From: Octopus sinensis
Taxonomy: Eukaryota
Direction of reading: 5' to 3'
Assembly (NCBI RefSeq): GCF_006345805.1
Contig: NC_043006.1
Location: forward strand, 49,228,001-49,292,000
Length of the DNA: 64,000 bases
Part shown: positions 25,216 through 39,387 of the stretch, in pieces
Position numbering within the stretch: the stretch's first letter is position 1
Layout of the letters: every line of letters starts with the position of its first letter
The notes under the pieces: model-generated
Database searches by the model: none
The model's input: only the letters and a program-made list of their open reading frames with translations
What the model was told of the DNA's origin: nothing
Program-made: the position numbers and the translations under genes

Positions 25216-26041
25216 GTGGGTTTTCTGCAAACTATTAATCTTTCATTGACCTGCATTTCTGACTGGTTAAAATAACTCACATGACAAAAATGGTCGTAAA
25301 AAAAATGATCAGATGTCCTGTGTAACTAGCCTTATCCCTACAACCAAATGGTTGGCAAAGTACTAGTTTTTGATTTGTGAAAATAACCTACATATGACAA
25401 CAGTGAAAAATGATCGGATATTTTGTTTAACTAACCCTCTCCATTCCCACTAAATGGTTAGCAAGCTACTAGTCTCTAACTGGCTGAAGTAACATCCTTA
25501 AGAAAACAATGAAAATTGTCCTTGCATGAGGTTGCATTGATAGATGACCATTAAAATGTTTAATCATAAATAAAATGATGTGTAAAAGAAAATGGAGCGA
25601 ATAAAAGAGCCACTCAGTGTTCGCTCGATCTGTTAGAAATAGCAACAGAATATCTCTGTTTTAAAAGAAGGAAGGAGTCACTGCACAAGTATTCCAAGAT
25701 TCGTCATGATTGAAAAAAATTTTTGAAAATAACGGCCAAAACTTTTAATCAATAGGTCTTCTCGAACAGGGCTGGCCTGGAGTTAAAATTTCTTTCCTTA
25801 AGAAAGCCATCCTAAAACCATCCTTCATCTTTCGACCCGAGCCCTATGCGAAAAATGAGTTATACCATTGTAGTTTGCTCCTTCTTTAATACTCATAATT
25901 TGTTGGTATGCAGGTCAGTCATCATTTATCATGAACTTCATGCGGAGCTTATTACGTGATAGTACGAATTCTCTCTAAATCACAACCGACCTTCTAAACA
26001 AAAAAAAAAAGAAGATAACATTGGCGAATGTAGTCCTAGAT

Positions 26042-26435
26042 GGGATGGATGGAAGCACTCCGTCGGTTACGACGACGAGGGTTCCGGTTGTTCCGAATCA
26101 ACGGAACAGCCTGCTCGTGAAATTAACGTGTAAGTGGCTGAGCACTCCACAGACACGTGTACCCTTAACGTAGTTCTCGGGGATATTCAGCGTGACACAT
26201 AGAGTGACAAGGCCGGCCCTTTGAAATACAGGTACAACAGAAACAGGAAATAAGAGTGAGAGAAAGTTGTGGTGAAAGAATACAGCAGGGATCACCACCA
26301 TCCCCTGCCGGAGCCTCGTGGAGCTTTTAGGTGTTTTCGCTCAATAAACACTCACAACACCCGGTCTGGGAATCGAAACCGCGATCCTATGACCGCGAGT
26401 CCGCTGCCCTAACCACTGGGCCATTGCGCCTCCAC
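26042..26435 (-). mobile_element. SINE family A, full length
   Basis: TSD AGTCCTAGAT at 26032 and 26436; (CCAT)n tail. Confidence 0.9.
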
Positions 26436-26548
26436 AGTCCTAGATACAGCGTGTCTGAAAAAAAGAAAATCGTCTCGGCTGGGAAACTTGACAATCGGTT
26501 TGCTTGAACAGAGTTCACTAGGACTCAACAACAGCAACAGCAACAACA

Positions 26549-26995
26549 AGTGGTTAGGATAGCGGACTCGCGGTCGTAAGAACGCAGTTTCCATTCCCAG
26601 ATCGGGCATTGTGAGTGTTTATTGAGCAAAAACACCTAAGCTCCACGAGGCTCCGGCGGGGAGGGGTGGTGAACCCCGCTATACTCTTTCACCACAACTT
26701 TCTCTCACTCTTTCTTCCTACTTCTGACACAAAGCAGAGAAACCATGGTGTAATCCACTATGGTGTGGTAAACTTTCAGACCCTAGTCTAGATTGAAAAT
26801 CATCTGTACCCCAGGATGGTTCAGCTCTCCACCCGTTAAAAGCCACCGTTTACGGAATGAGGATAACAACGTAGCTTTCGCGTGTGGTGGGTGGATCTTC
26901 AAGTTGCCACACGCATTCTTAGTAGCTTAGAGCAGGCTCGAATTAGAGATTATTCTTTTTGTGGCTAATGGCGTGAGTCCTGATTGGAAGAAGAA
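26549..26995 (+). mobile_element. SINE with A head/body and a third long tail
   Basis: matches 45368-45836; ends GGCGTGAGTCCTGATTGGAAGAAGAAG. Confidence 0.8.
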
Positions 26996-27931
26996 GAGAA
27001 GAAGATAGCAACAACGATAACGACGACGACAACAACATATACTTTTTACATGTAGATTATTTTTAAAACACAAGTTGTATCTACCTAGGTTATCAGTCCA
27101 TTTGCCGACCTATTTTTAGCTTTTTTTTTTTCTGATGCTCGTGATTGTCCATGAAAGTTCGTTAAAAGTACCTCACAAGATCACAAGATATGTACTAAAG
27201 AACGTTAATATGTGTCAGCAGCTTAGCTCAGATTTCGTGTTTAACTGCTCTTGCTGTCGGCTACTGCACTACTGAATACGACAGTCGTTAGCTAAATCCA
27301 GTCCCTAATGCATTCTGTCGACTGATCAGCTGTCTAAGACCATTATGTGCTGACAACCTTTGCATTTTAATAGTCACCTCTCCAACTGCCATTACAAGGA
27401 TAACAATCTATTGAAAAGAACGTCACTAGCCGAGCGACAGCTTCTTATGGAGTCGCTGTTACTAGAAACAGCATCCAAATCTTCCATAAATCACACCCTC
27501 ATTGTCCTAAAAAAAAAGGGTGGGGTGTTACACTTGATGTGTTCCTCGATACAATGTATCTGGAAAAAAGACGAGATGGTCACGGCTGAAATGTATTTTT
27601 GCTTATGTATCAGCTTGATCGATGCTGAATGGAGTTAAATAGCCACAATTCTGGTGCCAACAAATAGATAAAGCAGATTAAGCAGATTCAGAATTGCTCT
27701 GGAGACAAGGAAAAGTTTCCTTAAATGTGTCATTCTCTTTATTGTGACTGACATCATAACAAGTTAAGTAAGAATGATTTTGTGAAAGGAAATAAACAAT
27801 AGCCCACTGTCTTCAACAGTAATTGAAATGATATCAAGTGTAAGCAGTTGCAACATGGTGTGAATGCAAAGAGAAATAAATATTTTAGTTGATTGAGAAC
27901 ATGAACTGGCTACTTCAATTTCATTTACATT

Positions 27932-28682
27932 AAGGTGGCGAACTGGCAGAATCGTTAGCACGTCGGGTGAAATGCTTAGCGGTATTTCGTCTGCCGTTAC
28001 GTTCTGAGTTCAAATTCCGCCGAGGTCGAATTTGCCTTTCATCCTTTCGGGGTCGATTAAATAAATATCAGTTACGCACTGGGATCGATATAATCGACTT
28101 AATCCGTTTGTCTGTCCTTGTTTGTCCTCTCTGGGCTTAACCCCTTGTGGGTAGTAAAGAAATGGGTATTTCGTCTGTCTTCGTGTTCTGAGTTCAAATT
28201 CCGCCGAGGTCGAATTTGCCTTCATCCTTTCGGGGTCGATTAAATAAATATCAGTTACGCACTGGGATCGATATAATCGACTTAATCCGTTTGTCTGTCC
28301 TTGTTTGTCCTCTCTGGGCTTAACCCCTTGTGGGTAGTAAAGAAATGGGTATTTCGTCTGTCTTCGTGTTCTGAGTTCAAATTCCACCGAGGTCGACTTT
28401 GCCTTTCATCCTTTCGGGGTCGATTAAATAAGTTATAGTTGCGCACTGGGGTCGATATAATCGACTTAATCCGTTTATCTGTCATTGCTTGTCCTCTCTG
28501 TGTGGGTAGTAAAGAAATAAGGAATTTCATCTGTCTTTATGTTCTGAGTTCAAATTCCGCCGAGGTCGATTTGCCTTTCGTCCTTTCGGAGTTGATAGAT
28601 TAAGTACTAGTTGCGCACTGGGTCGATCTAATCGGCTAACCCCTCCCCTAAAACTTCGGGACTTGTGTCTAGAGTAGAAAAG
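27932..28682 (+). mobile_element. SINE family C multimer, 4 modules
   Basis: junctions at ~28159, 28341, 28513; single TSD AATTTCATTTACATT at 27917 and 28683. Confidence 0.88.
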
Positions 28683-29107
28683 AATTTCATTTACATTTCT
28701 TGCAAAATTTCGATATTCTAGATACATGTTCATATGGATATATTTCCAACATATATATTAACATATATGCATATCCAAATTGCTCCGTAGTGCACAAATG
28801 GTTTCCTCTATCAGCTGGCTGTCGTGCTGTTTCAGTTGTTTTGTTTTCTCAATCCATTTCCTGAAGCTTTATAGACGTGTAGAGACAGAGATGTATTTTA
28901 ATTTAACGCCCTCCTTCTCTCTATTTAAGTCTGAGCATGTATGTATAAGTATGTGATGGATATATATATCTGCATATTCATATCGATATACATACATCCA
29001 TACACAAGTATACATACATATGTATGTAGCTTTATACACACATATACATAGGTGTGTGTGTGTGCAAAATATAGTTTCACTCTATATATATTCTGTTTGT
29101 CTGTCTG

Positions 29108-29149
<42 letters not shown>

Positions 29150-29227
29150 TATAATCAAAATAAGCAACAAGGATATCCAGAGGTAATGCATTACCTCTGG
29201 ATATCCTTGTTGCTTATTTTGATTATA
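29150..29227. repeat. Perfect spacerless 78-bp palindrome
   Basis: 39-bp arms centred on GGTAATG|CATTACC. Confidence 0.95.
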
Positions 29228-29323
29228 ATCACCCCATTTTGAATTATATGGATAATACCATACTAAATTCTGGTGCTTTTAACTTAAGTACCATACTCAA
29301 CTGAATCTAAATTTTACTGAACC

Positions 29324-29388
<65 letters not shown>

Positions 29389-29401
29389 AATATATATATT
29401 A

Positions 29402-29640
29402 CGGCGATGAACTTGCATAGCAAGTGACTTGATCTGAGATCGTGTGCTGAAACTAAAACAGTTGCAGCGTGAAAGGTGTTTATAAGCTTTTTAAAAACGC
29501 ACATAAATCGTTAGATTTACTTCATCATTTAAATTTAATCTGTCAAAATATTTTGACAGAATAATTTTAAATGTTGAAGTGAATCTAACGATTTTTGTGT
29601 GTTTTTAAATGGCTTATAAACGCCTTTCACACTCCAATTG
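29402..29640. mobile_element. Fold-back MITE family I (right arm truncated)
   Basis: internal inverted arms around GTCAAAATATTTTGAC; matches 31557-31847. Confidence 0.75.
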
Positions 29641-30403
29641 TTTAACCTTTGATTCAAAGACACTGTGTATAAACTCTATACTTGGAATGACCAATTTTAG
29701 ATATCATTGGATTTTACTCATAAGGTATTGGAACCTTATATGTATACCATTCTGCCTAAAAAATAGATCTACAAATGCAATATCCCTACATATCTCACAT
29801 CTATAACCTCAGGCCGACCAAGTGGATTTGGTAGACGGAAACTGAAAGAAGCCTGCCGTGTGTGTGTGTGTGTGTGTGTGTGTAAATATATATACAGGTA
29901 TACAGCCACCACATGCAAGCATATAACTTATACACTCACAATAGATATGGTATGATAGAGATTTTTAAATAAGTTTTTTTTTCCTTAGAAATGGTGACAT
30001 TTTCCTAAAATATGCAACGATGAAAAAAAGGAAGCGCGGAAGACGATGCAAAGAAGGTGCGGAATAAGGTCTGAAAATGAAGCTGTTCTATATTTGGTGA
30101 GAGAAGCGTAAGATAATAAATACTTCAAATATTTTCAGAATGTATAAATAAACATATATAAATAAACATGTGTAAGTAGATGAATGTTTGGGAAAGGTCG
30201 TAAGTTACATTGTTATTGAAGGGAAAATGTAGAGAATTTTATATGTAATTAAATTTTGAATGTTTCGAGTCGAATTGAAAGAAGGAAAGAAAGCGTGTAA
30301 TGTGCGTAACTTTAAAGATATATAAATTAAGAAACAGTGTAAACGGAAATGAAATATTAAAACTGTTCGTATGATATAGAGAAAATTAATGTTCTGTATG
30401 TAT

Positions 30404-30570
30404 GCGGGAGTGGCTGTGTAGTAAGTAGCTTGCTTACCAGCCACATGGTTTCAGGTTCAGTCCCACTGCGTGGCTGGCACCTTGGGTAAGTAAGTGTCTT
30501 CTACTATAGCCTCGGGCCGACCAAAGCCTTGTGAGTGGATTTGGTAGGCGGAAACTGAAAGAATCCCGTC

Positions 30571-30627
<57 letters not shown>

Positions 30628-30840
30628 ATATATATGTTTGTGTGTCTGTGTTTGTCCCTCCAACACCGCTTGACAACCGATGCTGGTGTGTTTACATCCC
30701 CGTCACTTAGCAGTTCGGCAATAGAGATTGATAGAATAAGTACTAGGCTTACAAAGAATAAGTCCTGGGGTCGATTTGATTCGACTAAAGGTGGTGCTCC
30801 AGCATGAGCGCAGTCAAACGACTGAAACAAATAAAAGAAT
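30404..30840 (+). mobile_element. SINE family B
   Basis: head, long (TA)n, tail. Confidence 0.88.
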
Positions 30841-31556
30841 AAATATATATATATATTGTATGTTATTGCTTTGTTGAAAATAAAGCGGGCCACGAATTAG
30901 GTATAAGGACTTCACGAAATTTAGAGGAGTAATTGAGATATTTTGATAAAATAACAGTAATGGCTGAACACTTGTTTAATTTCTTTGAAAGATTTCTAAA
31001 CTGTGTGTGGGGGGAGGGGGCGGTGAAACTGTGTATGTGGTGGGGTGTGGAACTGTCTGTTAGAATCAAATTGATTTGAGAATTGACTTGTCATTGTGAA
31101 GTTATGACACAAAATTCTACAAAATTTACCTAGGCCTTTCGGTTAATCTTTTCAAATTTCGAAATAAGCAACTCCTATATACGTTTAGAAATATAATACG
31201 TAGTAAAGACATCCACCTTTCATAACGCTTAAGGTGAATGAAAAACCAGTACTATACTGTACAAACTGAAAAAGGCAATCGCCTCGTGGCAAAGTCTTAT
31301 TACGCAATGTTTTTCATGGGAAGGAGAAACTGTGAGAATTAAGAAAGAGGCGAAAATACGATTGTTTAAAAAATATTAGAGTTAAATGTTTAAACTTCTC
31401 CAACACCTTGGCAAAGAAAGAAGAACTATATTGGATAACACTCAAAATTTTCTTCGCCCGAACACGGACTTAGCTACCGACAAGACTGTGACCAGGTCGC
31501 TGTTCATGCGACGAAAATGTTGACACCATATAATAAATCCTAAATGTTTAAGTAAG

Positions 31557-31847
31557 CAATTGAAGCGTGGAAGGTGTTTATAAGCCATTTAAGAAACACA
31601 CACAAAACCGTTAGATTCACTTCAACATTTAAATTTAATTCTGATGCAGCACGGAATTTTGTCAGTGAACAGGTCGCGGTCTCAAAGCGACGAAAATATT
31701 TTGACAAATTAAATTTAAATATTGAAGTGAATCTAACGGTTTTGTGTGTGTTTCTTAAATGGCTTATAAACACCTTCCACGCTGCAATTGTTTTCGTTCC
31801 AGCACACGATCTCAGACCAGGTCACTTGCTATGCAAGTACATCTCCG
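31557..31847. mobile_element. Fold-back MITE family I (left arm truncated)
   Basis: 31557-31640 is the reverse complement of ~31712-31796; ends ACATCTCCG|TA. Confidence 0.8.
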
Positions 31848-32263
31848 TAATAGTTTAAGTAAAGTTAACAATAATTGTGTTTTGGTGTGGTTAATATGTG
31901 TCTTCCACGTTAATACTTTAATTCTTTTACATTTTAAATTTATCCTTCGGAAACATTATTACGTTATTATTGTTATTGATAAAATACAGCGTTGAAAAGA
32001 TGCAGTGTTGGAGATGCAGCGTGGAATATTTGAGTGAAATATGGTGTAAAATACTTGTACCCAGAGGCGCAGCTAGATTCTAAAGTCAGTGGGAGCGAGC
32101 ACATAAAAAAGGCACCATAACACACACCAAACAATTTTAAACTCATTTCTCTTATATTGCGTGAAATATTTCTTTAGTTATAATATACGTAACTGTATTC
32201 TATATGTATTAATTTTATGCCTCAGTAACAATGTCATTATCTATGAAACGTACAACTACTTAT

Positions 32264-32682
32264 AGGCGCAGGAGTAGCTGTGTGGTAAGTAGCTTGCTTA
32301 CCAACCACATGGTTCTGTGTTCAGCCCACTGCGTGACACCTAGGGTAAGTGTCTTCTACTATAGCCTCGGGCCGACCAAAGCCTTGTGAATGGATTTGGT
32401 GGACGGAAACTGAAAGAAGCCCGTCGTATATATGTATATATATATATGTGTGTGTGTTTGTGTGTGTATATGTTTGTGTGTCTGTGTTTGTCCACCCAAC
32501 ATCGCTTGACAACCGATGCTGGTGTGTTTACGACCGAGTAACTTAGCGGTTCGGCAAAAGAGACCGATAGAATAAGTACTAGGCTTCCAAAGAATAAGTC
32601 TTGGGGTCAATTTGCTCGTCTAAAGGCGGTGCTCCAGCATGGCCACAGTCAAATGACTGAAACAAGTAAAAGAGTAAAAGAG
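32264..32682 (+). mobile_element. SINE family B, full length
   Basis: head to AAAAGAG tail; flanks TACT(T/G)ATAGG resemble a TSD. Confidence 0.88.
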
Positions 32683-33586
32683 TACTGATATAGGTAATTA
32701 AAGAGCTAAAAATATTGTTGAAAAGGTACCAACTTTTAAAAAAAGTACTTAGAGGGTGCGGTCGCTCGCTTTGTTCCCCTATTAGCTACATCGCTGCTCC
32801 TACCTTAAATCTATTCTGTGATGTGATAAGTAATAGACACCAATTTTTCCATCTTCACCAAAGAACTTCTTTTTCGTCTTTTGCCTCTTGTTAGGAAATT
32901 TCAAGCGACAATTTTAATTTCATTCAGAAAACAGGCCATGCTTTTGATGTAATTAATTTGGCTAATTTAAAGGGTTTCAAATTATTCGTTTTGACATCTG
33001 TTGTAGCATTCCTGGCTTCGAGAACAGCTCATTTAGCCGTGTTTATCACTGATTCATTCATCACTGATCCAGGGTAGCCGCAGTATACTTAATTATGAAC
33101 CGTGTTACGTTTATCACGGATTTACCTGTGATAAATACGGGCCGGCGATCAGTCGAAGATTTTGCTTGTACAGCAAAAACGCATCCCAGCGACCACCCAC
33201 AATGTTAACTACCTAGAAATGTGCTGATTATCGCTTGTATTTACATGACTGTACTGCGAGGCTACGCATTTTTTGAAATACGGATTCGTATCCATCAACA
33301 TGCGACAAATGAACAGAAAAAAAAACAAAAAACATGACGATGTATTAACCTTACAGACGAGCCAAACGAGTGCATTCTCTATAGGAAAAAGTAGAGTTGA
33401 TCTAGAAAATACCTGACGGTGGAAGTTTCTCTGCTGTGGGCTGCAAATGTCTCAATGAAGCTATCATTCTTTCCTTTTACAAGGTGCGTAGAGATTATTC
33501 ATTTATCACGGATTCAGATATCACGTTAACCCCCACCCCCGTGATAAACGAGGATAGATGTATTATGATTGTGAATTACCGCTAAA

Positions 33587-33696
<110 letters not shown>

Positions 33697-34639
33697 TAAA
33701 TTAAACACAAGGCCAGAAGTTTTTATGGGAAGTGGTGGTGGTGGTGGTGGTGAAGGATTAGTCGATACTATCAACTCTAGTACTTCACTGGTACTTTATT
33801 TTATCAACTTCAGAGAGATCAAAGGCTAAGTTGACAACGGTGAGAATTGAACTTAGAATGCAAAGAGCCGAAAGACATGCCACAATGAATTTAACTTTGG
33901 GTGCAATTTACCTTTGAAATTCTCTCTAAACAAGCTAAAATTTAAGTGTCTTTTTTTTTAAGACAACGCTTGCGAGTGGGCTGATTTACAATTACTTGAC
34001 ATGCATTACAATAACCAGATATATTAACTCCTGTTATCATAGTTTTGCTACGATATAAAGAATGGACTGTCATGCCTTTTTTCTTTTCTTTCTTTTTTTC
34101 TTTCTTCCTTTTTTGTTTTTTTTGATACTACAAAATATTAATTTGACCTTACTATCAATCACTTATCTTTCGATTACAGTCAATAAAACCAAATGATCTT
34201 TCTTGTCTCGCATCGGCTAGTAATTGAAACGAGTAGAAGATAAAAGATACACTGAATGGTCCGAGAGAGTAAAATAAAAATCAAAGGGGGTCCTTAAGCT
34301 AAAAACGGCCGAGAACCACTGATCTAAACCATTAGTCTTTAATTAATGCAGCATATTCTTTTGCCCATAAGTAGGCGTGTGTAATCACTTCACATGTGAC
34401 TCATTATCATCTCTCCTCATTTACTCATTTACATTCAATGAGGTCACATCACCACAGCTATCAATGTTTGTTATTTAGTTCATGATTTTTGCCTCGGTTA
34501 TCTAACAAATGGGACCATTTATCGTAATCAGAATTAGAGCCTTTGCAGCCTTCGAGAAAACATCACGATTAAATCTAATTGGAGCTTTTGTGCCATAAAT
34601 AATTTCTTTTTTTTAAATAGGCAACTACGTCGAAGTACA

Positions 34640-34787
34640 TGCATACATGCATACATATATACATACATACATACATACATACATACATGCGTTCATACAT
34701 ACATACATACATACATACATACATACATACATGCGTTCATACATACATGCAAGCATATGTAATACATACATACGTACGTACATAAAT

Positions 34788-34855
<68 letters not shown>
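34640..34855. repeat. (CATA)n/(CA)n compound microsatellite
   Basis: direct reading. Confidence 0.9.
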
Positions 34856-34858
<3 letters not shown>

Positions 34859-35085
34859 CTTTTACAGACACTTTCTTAAGAGACCGGACAACGCACTTAA
34901 TACTACAGAGGAACTTATTAATAGGCTGGAACCTGTCGTGAATCACGTCATCTCTTAATGGTCTTTTTTGAAGAAAAACATTTAAATAGATTTATACATA
35001 TGTTTGTACATAGATTTTTGATTTCCAACATAAAAACGAGGCCTCAAATTTGGATAAATAATTATAGTTGATTCTGTTTAACTCC

Positions 35086-35332
35086 GTAGAGGCACGTGGC
35101 TTAGTGGTTAGGGTGTCAGCATCATGATCGTAAAATTGTGGTTCCGATTCCTGGACGGGGTGACGCGTTGTGTTCTTGAGCAAAACACCTCATTTCACGT
35201 TGCTCCAGTCCACTCAGCTGGCAAAAATGAGTAACGCTGCGATGGACTGGCGTCCCGTCCAGCTGGGGAACACATACGCCATGGAAACCGGGAAACCGGG
35301 CCCATGAACCTGGCTAAGCTTTAAAAGGGTGT
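35086..35332 (+). mobile_element. SINE family D
   Basis: tRNA head, V-like core; TSD TGTTTAACTCC. Confidence 0.85.
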
Positions 35333-35486
35333 ATTTATTTTTTATTATGTTTAACTCCAGTTCATGACTGGTATTTATGTCATCAGCGCTGGAAGAATAA
35401 AAAAGCAAACTCAACTCTAGCGATATTTGAACTCTGAACCTAAATACCGATAGATATTTTCCCTACCGGTATAAAATTTTTACATG

Positions 35487-35803
35487 GGCGCAGGCATGGC
35501 TGTGTGGTAAGAAGCTCGCTTCCCAACTACTTGGTTCCACGTTCAGCACTAGCGTAGCTAGAATGTGTGCCGCCTGAGGTAGACCTTCCCGTTTGTTGCC
35601 CCTGGACTCCACAAAAAACGCATATTGCCTAAAGCAGACCTAAAAGTCCCGCACGGGGTGGACCGCCCCCCCACTAACTACGTTAGTGGAGTTCAGTCCC
35701 ACTGCGTGGCACCTTGGGCATGTGTCTTCTACTATAGCTTCGGGCCAACCAAAGCCTTGTGAGAGGATTTGGTAGATGGAAACAGAAAGGAGCCTGTTGT
35801 GTG

Positions 35804-35876
<73 letters not shown>

Positions 35877-36020
35877 TGTGTGTGTGTGTGTGTGTGCTTG
35901 TCCCTCTCTCTCTCGCCATCGCATGACAACCGATGTTGGGGTGTTTATGTTCCAGAAAACTTAGTGCTTCAGCAAAATAGACCGATAGAATAAGTACTAA
36001 GTTTACAAAGAATAAGTCCT
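35487..36020 (+). mobile_element. SINE family B interrupted by a MITE
   Basis: head split at the GTTCAG B box. Confidence 0.8.
35547..35688. mobile_element. 142-bp hAT-like MITE
   Basis: TIR CACTAGCGTAGCTAG / CTAACTACGTTAGTG; 8-bp TSD-like ACGTTCAG / GAGTTCAG. Confidence 0.7.
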
Positions 36021-36935
36021 AAGCAGTGGCAGCTCGTAGATAAAATTAGTGGGGCTGCTGTTTCAGAAAATTTTTAGTCGTTGTTTTAATACAACCGAAA
36101 GTATAGCTATAATCTTGCGCATGCGCATAACTCAAAATCCTGACGTGCTAGAACAATTCTGAGAGCGGATTCGTAATCAACATCCTTGATTTAGTCTAAA
36201 ACACATGCTTTTACCCCAGTAGCAAAATCTTTGTTGTCCAGTGTAATTTGATAGGTTTTCTTGTGGGAGAACACGTGTTCCTTATATGGATAAAAAAGAA
36301 ATGATCCAATCTATTGGTTCATAAGGCCGTTTTCTCGGATTCTGCGGCGTATATATTCTTCCCCTGGACAGGGTGCTGGTCCGTCGTAGGGTTACTCGTT
36401 TTGTCAGCTTGGTTGGACTGCAGCAGCGTAAAATGAAGTATTTTACTCAAGAATGCAACGCATTGCCCAATCCAAGAATCGAAACCACAATCATGCCATC
36501 TTGAACCCAACTGCTAATTCATGCACCTTCACGTTTCTTACATAAGGAAAATAAATGACTTTTGAGTATTCCACGGCGATTCCCCTCTATGAGACTTTCT
36601 AAATAGTTACAGACGGTGTCACTCTTAAAGTTATCAATTCCAACAGTTTATTGACCCACGTATAATTCTTTCTGCCTCATTGCACCTGAGAAATGTACCT
36701 TTAATCTCCTGCTTTCTCTTCATAATATCACGTGTTTAACTACATACCGGTTTGATAGCTATTAGTCTCCCCGATGACAGAGAAAGAGGCCATTTGTTTT
36801 CTGATGAGATTTTAAAAACAAATAAAACTAGAGAGAACGATCACACTTTATTTTTAACTCAATGTGAGATGAAGAAACCAAGCAAAACAAAAAGAAGTAT
36901 TTATTCATTTACATTTTCAGAGCGAATCTAAAATT

Positions 36936-37517
36936 CTTTTCTACTCTAGGTACAAGGCCCGAAATTTTGGAGGAGGGGGCCAGTCGATTAGATCGATCCC
37001 AGCACATAACTGACACTTAACTTATCGACCTCGAAAGGATGAAAGGCAAAGTCGACCTCGGCGGAATTTGAACTCAGAACGTAGCGGCAGACGAAATACC
37101 TATTTCTTTACTACCCACAAGGGACTAAACACAGAAGGGACAAACAAGAACAGACAAACGGATTAAGTCGATTATATCGACCTCAGTGCGTAACTGGTAC
37201 TTATTTAATCGACCCCGAAAGGATGAAAGGCAAAGTCGACCACGGCGGAGTTTGAATTCAGAACGTAGCGGCAGACGAAATACCTATTTCTTTACTACCC
37301 ACAAGGGGATACACACAGAGGGGACAAACAAGGGCAGACAAACAGATTAAGTCGATTACATCGAACCCAGTGCGTAACTGGTAATTATTTAATCGATCCC
37401 GAAAGGATGAAAGGCAAAGTCGAACTCGGCGGAATTTGAACTTAGAACGTAGCGGCAGACGAAATACCGCTAAGCATTTCGTCCAGTACGCTAACGATTC
37501 TGCCAGCTCACCGCCTT
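36936..37517 (-). mobile_element. SINE family C multimer, 3 modules
   Basis: junctions at ~37092 and ~37275; perfect 17-bp TSD AGAGCGAATCTAAAATT at 36919 and 37518. Confidence 0.92.
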
Positions 37518-37554
37518 AGAGCGAATCTAAAATTGTATTATTGAAGGTATACCT

Positions 37555-37950
37555 AATGCAGCGAGCTGGCAGAATCGCTAGTACGCCGGGTAAAATGCTT
37601 AGAGGTATTTCGTCTGCTGCTACGTTTTGAGTTCAAATTCCTCCGAGGTCGACAAATTAAGTACCTCTGAAACACTGGGGATTCGATGTAATCGACTAGT
37701 CCCCTCCCCCATATTTCAGGCCTTGTGCCTACAGTAGAAAAGATTAGTAAAGGTATACTTAAGGCGGCGTGGTAGTAGAATCGTTAGAACGCTGGACGAA
37801 ATGCTTAATGGCATTTCTTCCACCTTTCTTTTATGAGTTCAAATGCCGCCGAGGTCGACTTTGCCTTTCATCTTTTCGGAGTCGATAAAATAAGTACCAG
37901 TTGCACCTTCCCAGAATTTGCTGGCCTTGTGCCAAAATTTGAAATCAATA
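37555..37950 (+). mobile_element. Two adjacent diverged SINE family C monomers
   Basis: C heads at ~37560 and ~37762, B boxes, tail 2-like ends. Confidence 0.7.
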
Positions 37951-38149
37951 TTTGTTACGATTGATAAATACATGACTCATATAAATCAAGAATTCTCGGA
38001 CAGAGAGCGGTACATCCTTGTTTGTGATAGCATGAATAATTTTCAGTGAGACTGAAAACGCTCTCAACTTTCAGGTGTTAAACATGGCGTTGTGTTCCAT
38101 AAAGCAAAGTACGATGAAAACCGGAAGTGACGACGGTTAAATCCCGTAA

Positions 38150-38189
<40 letters not shown>

Positions 38190-38571
38190 TGTTTAGCGTC
38201 CTTACATATGTATAACATGAAAATAATGTATAGGGCGTACATATACATAGTTTTTTTGTTTTTCACAGTTACTGAACCTAGTTTATTAAATAAGCTCATA
38301 CAGATACGATTCGCTATGTATTGTTCCCTTGAATTTCTTATGAGACTAGTATCCACCTTTCTTCGATAGTCCGTGTATGTGGATGCCCTCAACAAAATTT
38401 AAAAAGAATGGTTCACAACTTCACAACTATATACATGTGATCTAGGGTAACACAGGAAGCCCACCTAACGGATATGAAACGCGTCCTTGGCGATATCCAC
38501 TGTATTATAACTGGCCAATGTGTTTCGCACGTACGATCAGGGATATAAATCAGACAGCATTTTCCTGTACT

Positions 38572-38700
38572 CAGCGCTGGATTAACCATTAAGCAAAATA
38601 AACACGTGCTTAGACATCAAGGGAATGAGGGCACCACAGAAATGGTAAATAGTTTACGGCACAAATAAAAATCACTTTAAATTTGTTAAAATAATATTCA
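38572..38700 (+). mobile_element. hAT-like MITE end (family G)
   Basis: CAGCGCTGGATTAACCATTAAGC start; four copies in the window. Confidence 0.6.
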
Positions 38701-39387
38701 GGATGCCTTATTTCTACTAAGTATAGAGCAGATGTGTTACGTAAGACTAATTTTGAGAATCTTATCAAAATCTTCACAATTAGAAAAAGCAGGAGAAAAC
38801 TTGGTACTACTTAAATACAAAGGTTCCGACGCAACTACGTAACCCTAACCCTAAAACTAACACTAACCCTAAAACTAACCCTAACCCTAACAAGTGTGCA
38901 CTGTTAAAACATATCGTTACACAGATGCTCGGGACCTCTGTATTTTAGTGCCGAAAACTTTTCAAATATAAAATGGAACGTTATTTCCATCTTACCGTTA
39001 CTTTTTGTTTCATTTTGAAAAAATAAAAATTTATTCTATGGTTTATTATAGTTTATATTTTGAATTATATATATATTAGGAGACACCAACATGTTTTAAG
39101 TGCTTAGGACCTCTATGGGTTTTAATTCGGCCCTACCTGCACCCCATTCTACAACGCTAAACACCCGATACCCTTTTATGCCACTTACCTTGATATTTTT
39201 GATGCATATATTTATGAAATTATGGGATTTCACTGTTGTCACTTCCAGCGCAATTAACTTTCACTTATTTTTACGGCACTAAACTGCATATTAATCTCTT
39301 CCATGTGCAATAAACCAAATATCTTCCAAAGATTTGAATCAAGGTTAATTTTTTTTTTATAAGTTCTCCCCATAAAGTTCTCGGATG

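Noticed and set aside
36116-36127. TGCGCATGCGCA (NRF1-type site) as a promoter
   Set aside because: It lies in MITE-like sequence with no other promoter or exon evidence.
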